From Campylobacterota bacterium (lineage in GTDB: Bacteria; Campylobacterota; Campylobacteria; Campylobacterales; Sulfurovaceae): DNA of 41,617 nt. A model generated the notes under the pieces. It was not told the DNA's origin. It was given only the letters and a program-made list of their open reading frames with translations, and did no database searches. Within the stretch, counting starts at the first letter, position 1; each line of letters starts with the position of its first letter. Below are positions 36,189-41,617 of this stretch, in pieces. The stretch is taken from NCBI GenBank assembly GCA_034658615.1, contig JAYEFI010000050.1, positions 5,377 to 46,993 on the forward strand, read 5' to 3'. The position numbers and the translations under genes are program-made.

Positions 36189-36963
36189 AGAATTAACAAC
36201 AGCTTTTCGTAAGCATGATGGGTTACTAAGCCAAGAACAGTACCATCATATTGCGTTAAAGTACTGTACTCTATTGGAAGATAGTGATACCATTTTAATA
36301 CTACTACAAGCTTCAGGTTACCCCATTAGAGAAGCAGAAGATGGCTATAGACTTTTGACTTATTTTACTCCCTACCATGAACAACAATATTGTGTCATAG
36401 ACATAGAAACCAATGGTTCCAAACCTGGTACTTCACAAGTCATTGAAATAGGTGCAGTGATGTTACAAAATGGAAAAGTCATAGACTCTTATGAAACCTT
36501 TGTTGAGTGTGCTTTTTTACCAGAATATATTACAAAAATAACTGGTATAGAACCCACCGACCTTATAGGTGCACCGAGTCGTAAAGAAGCACTCATAGGA
36601 CTACGTCACTTTATGAAAGACAGCATTTTTGTTGCACATAATGCTAATTTTGATTATAATTTTCTCAATGCTTCTTTTGCACGTTTTGGCTTAGGTAGTA
36701 TTGGTAACCCTAAACTCTGTACCATAGATTTAGCACGAAGAACATTTGAGAGTGAACGTTATGGATTAGCCTACCTTATAGACTTTTTAGAGATAGAAAC
36801 TGCTACACACCATCGTGCCTATTCAGATGCTGTGTGTGCAGCTAAGGTGATGGAAAAATCGGTACAAACATTACCTGCATATGTTTGCACTTCAGATGAG
36901 CTTTTAAGATTTTCCATCTCATCTAAAAAAGAGAGAAGACTTAAAAAAGAGAAAAAAGATTAA
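36172..36963 (+). CDS. DEDDh 3'-5' exonuclease (DnaQ / Pol III epsilon-like)
   Basis: VIDIETNG, VAHNANFD, HHRAYSDA. Confidence 0.9.
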   Translation: MQKVFEELTTAFRKHDGLLSQEQYHHIALKYCTLLEDSDTILILLQASGYPIREAEDGYRLLTYFTPYHEQQYCVIDIETNGSKPGTSQVIEIGAVMLQNGKVIDSYETFVECAFLPEYITKITGIEPTDLIGAPSRKEALIGLRHFMKDSIFVAHNANFDYNFLNASFARFGLGSIGNPKLCTIDLARRTFESERYGLAYLIDFLEIETATHHRAYSDAVCAAKVMEKSVQTLPAYVCTSDELLRFSISSKKERRLKKEKKD

Positions 36964-36986
36964 TGGCATTGATAGCCACAACTTTC

Positions 36987-37085
36987 GGAAGTGGAGAGTT
37001 TACTCCCACTCAAAGTGTAAACCCCTTATAAAATTAGATATTTCTATGATGTCAACTTTTGGGTGGGACTGAAGTCTCCACTTCC
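36987..37085. repeat. REP-like inverted doublet (REPIN-like) between convergent genes
   Basis: GGAAGTGGAGAGTTTACTCCCACTCAAA (36987-37014) versus reverse complement of 37058-37085 GGAAGTGGAGACTTCAGTCCCACCCAAA; each unit is itself an imperfect palindrome. Confidence 0.75.
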
Positions 37086-37127
37086 AAACTCTCAGAATGC
37101 TTAGCATAGTGGTAATGATGGGGATTT

Positions 37128-37784
37128 CTAATGATTCTCTTTACCTAAAATATGATGTAAAAAAAGTATTTGAGCAAAGACTGCTGCAAAAATATTGAGT
37201 ATAGGTATATAGTTAAACCCTGCAGCAACCATAGCGAGTATGGTTGTTTTTTTTGTTTTTTGTTTTAATGCATTTTTATCTTCAATAAAAAGGCTACTCA
37301 CATCATAAATGGTTGGTGCTTTAAGGAGTATGGACCATATCCATAACATGTACACAGCACCTAAAAGTGGCACAAACATCATAGGAAAAGTAAACATAAA
37401 AAGTACAAAAGCAATGAGTGTAGACTTTAAACTTAACACAGTGGAAGTTGTGAGGTTTGGACTCCCAATTGCCTTTATGTGAGGGTAGTGTTTTTCCCCC
37501 AGTTTTATAAGTAAAGGTTCTATCATAAAAGAAGTGACTATAGATATAGTCATAACAAAAACCATATACGACAGAGCCACAGAAGCTATAGAAGCCCCTG
37601 TAGTTCTAAGCCATTCCCAAGGTAACCAAGAAAGATAACTGCTAATAAAGGTATGCATAGTACTCTGTGTAGACCACAATAATCCCGCAGTAATAACTAA
37701 AGAGATAAGTGCTACTTTAATTGCAAAAAACAGCACAGCAGAAGAGAATAGATCTTTAAAACTTTTTCCTATGGTGCGTGTCAT
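37128..37784 (-). CDS. EI24/CysZ-like membrane protein
   Basis: Multiple TMs, EKHYP, FVPLLG, YIPILNIFA pattern. Confidence 0.6.
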   Translation of the reverse strand: MTRTIGKSFKDLFSSAVLFFAIKVALISLVITAGLLWSTQSTMHTFISSYLSWLPWEWLRTTGASIASVALSYMVFVMTISIVTSFMIEPLLIKLGEKHYPHIKAIGSPNLTTSTVLSLKSTLIAFVLFMFTFPMMFVPLLGAVYMLWIWSILLKAPTIYDVSSLFIEDKNALKQKTKKTTILAMVAAGFNYIPILNIFAAVFAQILFLHHILGKENH

Positions 37785-38308
37785 TATAAGTACTCATTTT
37801 TAAATGTGACATAACGTGCAGCAGAAGCATAAAGCTCTGCGACTTCTTCATCGGTGAGTTGACGTACTACTTTGGCAGGACTCCCCATAATGAGACTTCT
37901 AGGAGGAAACTTCTTGCCTTTTGTCACAAGTGAGGAAGCCCCAACTATAGACTCTTTGCCTATGACTGCACCATCTAGTATAGTGGCACTCATACCTATA
38001 AGACAGGCATCTTCTATGGTGCACCCATGTAGCATCACTCTATGTCCCACAGTGACGTCATCACCAATAATAGTAGGGTGTCCATCACTCTCATCGGGTT
38101 TTTTATGATGGGTGACATGAATCATGCTGAGGTCTTGTATGTTACTTCTGTTGCCTATGCGTATGTGGTGCACATCTCCACGTACTACACATCCAAACCA
38201 TACGGCAGAATCTTCACCCATAACGGTACGTCCTATGACGGAGGCACCTTGTGCTACCCATGCGTTTTTTCCTAGTGTGGGTGTCCAATGTTTAAAGTTT
38301 AAAATCAT
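37784..38308 (-). CDS. Gamma-carbonic anhydrase family (hexapeptide repeat) protein
   Basis: VVRGDVHHIRIG.RSNIQD..MIH, VTVGHRVMLHGC, GSPAKVVR. Confidence 0.92.
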   Translation of the reverse strand: MILNFKHWTPTLGKNAWVAQGASVIGRTVMGEDSAVWFGCVVRGDVHHIRIGNRSNIQDLSMIHVTHHKKPDESDGHPTIIGDDVTVGHRVMLHGCTIEDACLIGMSATILDGAVIGKESIVGASSLVTKGKKFPPRSLIMGSPAKVVRQLTDEEVAELYASAARYVTFKNEYL

Positions 38309-38316
38309 CTATATCC

Positions 38317-40404
38317 TTACGATTCTTTGAGTATTTTTTTTGCCAAACGGTTGACATAGTCTGGTGTTTCTTTATTTGTTTTATTATGTATTTTAGAGAC
38401 ATAGTCTTCTAAAACACAGTGGTTATTGACCTCTCTACCTAAAGGTAAAACTTTAGTATAGTTCCCATCACTTTGAAGTTCCCAGCGTAAAGCGTTGTCT
38501 GCAAGTTGAAGCCTAAGAATTTGCTCTATTTTTTGGGAAAGTTTTTTTTCTAATATAGGAGTCATGAGTTCTATACGACGTATGAGGTTACGTGGCATCA
38601 AGTCAGCAGATGAGATGTAGCATCCTACTTTATCATTTTTAAAATAATAAATACGTGCATGCTCTAAGTATTTACCTATGACAGAAGAGACTTTTATGTT
38701 GTCAGATACGCCTTTAACGCCAGGTTTTAAACAGCATATACCACGAATAATGAGATCAATTTTACATCCTGCTTGAGATGCCATGTAGAGTGCTTTAATA
38801 ATGTCTGAGTCTACAAGAGAGTTGGCTTTTAAAATAATGTGACCCTCCAAACCACATTGGCTCTCTTGTTCTATGAGTTTAATGAGTTTTGGTTTAATTT
38901 GTTTTGGAGACATAAACAGAGGGTCTAGTGTTGTGTGCGTAGAAAAACCTGTTAAAAAGTGGAAAAATTGCGTAGCATCTGTAGAAAATATTTTTCTAGA
39001 GGTAAAATAGGAGATGTCGGTATATATTTTTGCAGTACTCGGGTTGTAGTTACCAGTGGCTAGATGCACATAACTTTTAAGTTTTGAGCCAGTACGTTTG
39101 ATGATTTGGGCAACCTTTGCATGCACTTTAAGGCCAGGGATACCGTACACGACATGTGCACCTGCCTCTTCTAGTGCTTTTGCCCAGCGTAGGTTATTTT
39201 CTTCATCGAAACGTGCTTTAAGTTCTACAAGTACCATCACTTGTTTCCCATCTCGTATAGCATCTATGAGAGCCTTGACAATAGGTGACTTTTGACCAGC
39301 ACGGTAAAGCGTCATACGAATAGCAAGTGTCTCTGGGTCGGCTGCACCTTGTTTAATGAATTGTACAACCGGTTCAAAAGAGTCAAAAGGGTGATAGAGC
39401 AAAACATCTTCTTTGTCTATGGCTTCAAAGATGTTATTTGTATCTAAAGGAGGCAGTGTTTTTGGGTTAAAAGTAGGCAGTACTAGATGTGAAAGTGCTT
39501 TGTCACCGACTATTTGCCACAAGGAGCCTAAATGTAGAGGGAGCGTTTTGTAAGAGTAAATGTCTTTGTCATCGAGGTTAAGGTTTGAAAGTAAAAACTT
39601 GGTTAGTTTTTTATTGGCATCTTCTCTTAATTCCAGACGGATGAGTGAACCTTTGTTTCTAGAGCGTAAGCCCTCTTCAAGAAGTTGTAAAAAGTCATCT
39701 GCTTCCTCTTCTTCTATCTCGATGTCGGCATTTCTAGTCACTCTAAAAGGTGTAGAAGCATGTGGTGTAAACCCAGGGAAAAGTTCAGAGGCAAAGTGCA
39801 CAACCACAGACTCTATGGGTACAAAAGTTTGCCCTACTTGTAAAAACCTAGGAAGTATTCTAGGTATACGTATGAGTCCATGTTTTACATTTTTAAACCC
39901 ATCTTTAAGCGTAAGAGCCAAACCAAAACTAAGGTTGTTAAGGTGAGGAAAAGGGTGTGTCGCATCTACAGCTATGGGTATGATGACAGGGTAAATTTCA
40001 TTAAAAAAGACCTCTTTGAGGGCGGCTTTTTCTTTATCATTTAATGTGTCATAGTTTTTTATATGTACATCATTTTCATGCAACTTAGAGACAATGGAAG
40101 TGTAGCATGACTCCAACACTTGATGCTCTTTGTGTAAATAGGTATGTATCTCATTAAGCTGTTCAAGTGGTGTAAGTTTTGCAGCACCAGTCTCTTGTAT
40201 ACGTGCTTTATATAAAGCCCTAAGTCCTGCCACACGTATCATATAAAATTCATCTAGGTTTGTACCGTAGATGGCTAAAAACTTTAGACGTTCAAGTGGA
40301 GGAAGCTTCTCATCAAGTGCTTGAGCAAGTACACGAGAGTTAAACTGAAGCCATGAGAGTTCACGGTTAAAATAGAGTTGCGATGCGTCGAGATTATGAT
40401 CCAT
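38317..40404 (-). CDS. ppk1: Polyphosphate kinase 1
   Basis: YFNRELSWLQFN, NLDEFYMIRV, HPFPH, ELKARFDE, LKVHAK, YLEHARIY, SADLMPRNL. Confidence 0.97.
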   Translation of the reverse strand: MDHNLDASQLYFNRELSWLQFNSRVLAQALDEKLPPLERLKFLAIYGTNLDEFYMIRVAGLRALYKARIQETGAAKLTPLEQLNEIHTYLHKEHQVLESCYTSIVSKLHENDVHIKNYDTLNDKEKAALKEVFFNEIYPVIIPIAVDATHPFPHLNNLSFGLALTLKDGFKNVKHGLIRIPRILPRFLQVGQTFVPIESVVVHFASELFPGFTPHASTPFRVTRNADIEIEEEEADDFLQLLEEGLRSRNKGSLIRLELREDANKKLTKFLLSNLNLDDKDIYSYKTLPLHLGSLWQIVGDKALSHLVLPTFNPKTLPPLDTNNIFEAIDKEDVLLYHPFDSFEPVVQFIKQGAADPETLAIRMTLYRAGQKSPIVKALIDAIRDGKQVMVLVELKARFDEENNLRWAKALEEAGAHVVYGIPGLKVHAKVAQIIKRTGSKLKSYVHLATGNYNPSTAKIYTDISYFTSRKIFSTDATQFFHFLTGFSTHTTLDPLFMSPKQIKPKLIKLIEQESQCGLEGHIILKANSLVDSDIIKALYMASQAGCKIDLIIRGICCLKPGVKGVSDNIKVSSVIGKYLEHARIYYFKNDKVGCYISSADLMPRNLIRRIELMTPILEKKLSQKIEQILRLQLADNALRWELQSDGNYTKVLPLGREVNNHCVLEDYVSKIHNKTNKETPDYVNRLAKKILKES

Positions 40405-40422
40405 ATTGTTTGCCTTTCTAAA

Positions 40423-40533
40423 AATTAGGAGTTAAGAATTATGAATTAGGAATTGTTTGTTTGTGGTGCAGTGGCTCCACTTTTATCATTGAAAGTATTA
40501 TACCCAATTCTTAATTCTTAATACCTAATTCTT
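40423..40533. repeat. Inverted pair of heptamer arrays around the ppk1 promoter
   Basis: AATTAGG AGTTAAG AATTATG AATTAGG (40423-50) and AATTCTT AATTCTT AATACCT AATTCTT (40506-33); minus-strand TATAAT at 40497-40502 between them. Confidence 0.75.
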
Positions 40534-40551
40534 CATACTAAGGTTCAAAAG

Positions 40552-40600
40552 CTAGAGATTTTCAACCTTAGCTATCTCATCTCTGAGCTATGATGCATCT
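40552..40600 (-). pseudogene. Remnant copy of the uvrB 3' end
   Basis: ACCTTAGCTATCTCATCTCT identical at 40565-84 and 41335-54; remnant translates DAS*LRDEIAKVENL* versus UvrB DAARLRDEIAKVKKL*. Confidence 0.75.
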
Positions 40601-40614
40601 AAACTTTTGTTTTA

Positions 40615-40974
40615 CTATACGGTTTCTAAATCTTTGATGAGTACATGTATATTGGTTTTAAGTGTAGGTAGGTGATTTATTATAATATCCCAAAGTTCAT
40701 CTGCGTCTATACCAAAATAGTTATGTGAAACAAGGTTGCGAAAATCTTTTATTTCTCTCCATGGAATATGAGAGTAGCTTTCTTTAAATTGAGGGCTTAT
40801 TCTTTCAATCATCTCACCAATATTGATAAAGTGTATCATCGTCGCATCAAAACTTTTGCTGTCATGATAAAAGTCATCAGCATTTTTACTTGGACTTGAA
40901 TAAAGGTTTATTTTTTCAATAGACTCAATGATGGTTTTGAGAGCTAAAAGTTCTTTAGACATATATGACATCAT
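40615..40974 (-). CDS. hepT: HEPN RNase toxin (HepT/DUF86)
   Basis: IGE, IPWREIKDFRNLVSHNYFGID (RX4HXY motif); overlaps the MNT gene. Confidence 0.9.
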   Translation of the reverse strand: MMSYMSKELLALKTIIESIEKINLYSSPSKNADDFYHDSKSFDATMIHFINIGEMIERISPQFKESYSHIPWREIKDFRNLVSHNYFGIDADELWDIIINHLPTLKTNIHVLIKDLETV

Positions 40975-41257
40975 TTCCTATAGATTGTCTAGCTAAAGGT
41001 TTCAAATATTTTTCTCGTGCGATATCTACTTTTTTGTTAAAATAATTTTCTAGTTCTTTTTTTAGGGCAAGTTTTTTTCTGTAGACATCTGTGACATTTT
41101 TATCTAATTCTATAATGATGTCTATATCACTACCTTCATGAGCTTCTTCACGTACAAATGAACCAAAAAGCCCTAGTTTTACTAGACCAAATTTTTGAAA
41201 AAATTCTTCTTTATGTTCCGATAAATAGAAAAGAATATCTGATTTTGTCATGTTCAT
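40955..41257 (-). CDS. mntA: Minimal nucleotidyltransferase antitoxin (MntA)
   Basis: LFGSFVREEAHEGSDIDI (GSX10DXD), KVDI. Confidence 0.9.
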   Translation of the reverse strand: MNMTKSDILFYLSEHKEEFFQKFGLVKLGLFGSFVREEAHEGSDIDIIIELDKNVTDVYRKKLALKKELENYFNKKVDIAREKYLKPLARQSIGNDVIYV

Positions 41258-41321
41258 TCACTTTAAACTTTTTATCATTATAGCATATTGTATGCTATGG
41301 ATAGACACATAGGTCTGTTTT

Positions 41322-41617
41322 CTACAGCTTCTTCACCTTAGCTATCTCATCTCTAAGCCTAGCAGCATCTTCAAAGTCCAAGTTTTTAGCAGCAAGTAGC
41401 ATTTTGGCTTTGAGTTCTTTGATGAGTTGTTGTCTTTCGGCTTTGGGCATTTTGTCTAGTTTGCTTTGTTTGTTGTAAAGCTCTCCTGCATCTTCTACTT
41501 TTAAGTCTGCATCTAGGTCACGTAAAGTGGTTTTAGGGGTGATGCCGTGTTTTTTGTTGTATGCCATCTGTTTTTCACGGCGTGCTTGGGTGGTTTCTAT
41601 GGTAAATGCCATGGAGT
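41322..41617 (-). CDS. uvrB: Excinuclease ABC subunit B, 3' end (runs off window)
   Basis: ET..RREKQMAYNKKHGITPKT and UVR domain MLLAAKNLDFEDAARLRDEI. Confidence 0.93.
   Translation of the reverse strand, partial: SMAFTIETTQARREKQMAYNKKHGITPKTTLRDLDADLKVEDAGELYNKQSKLDKMPKAERQQLIKELKAKMLLAAKNLDFEDAARLRDEIAKVKKL

Noticed and set aside
37872-39946. Plus-strand ORFs within the gamma-CA and ppk1 genes
   Set aside because: Antisense shadows without independent evidence

Overview
AT-rich bacterial chromosome segment. Gene order and protein sequences point to Campylobacterota, probably Sulfurovum-like (inference). The housekeeping backbone is tilS(partial)-rimO, a porin, tRNA-Phe, murD-mraY, gpmI, fabG...acpP-fabF-accA, dedA, dbpA, argJ, a K+ channel, rpmB, rpe, trpF, a DnaQ-like exonuclease, a gamma-CA, ppk1 and uvrB(partial). 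Three accessory blocks interrupt it. (1) A ~12.6 kb all-plus-strand block between fabG and acpP encodes three OmpR-type two-component systems, two monoheme cytochromes c, a cytochrome b, three exported DUF2202 ferritin-like proteins, a beta-barrel protein and an OprC-like (copper-type) TonB receptor. Six of its promoters share one geometry: an 11-bp-periodic direct repeat, a 9-bp gap, then a -10 hexamer, in three sequence variants. One of these promoters drives a gene-free ~120-nt unit ending in a hairpin with an anti-Shine-Dalgarno loop (candidate sRNA). (2) A ~4 kb DUF3015-DUF4105-S41 protease block is flanked by a 194-bp duplication of the dbpA 3' region. (3) An MNT-HEPN toxin-antitoxin pair is flanked by a duplicated uvrB 3' end. 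Also present are two copies of a ~120-bp structured intergenic element with compensatory base changes, two REP-like doublets and heptamer microsatellites, one of them inside murD. No CRISPR array, rRNA, transposase or integrase was seen. All family assignments come from motif recognition, not database searches.
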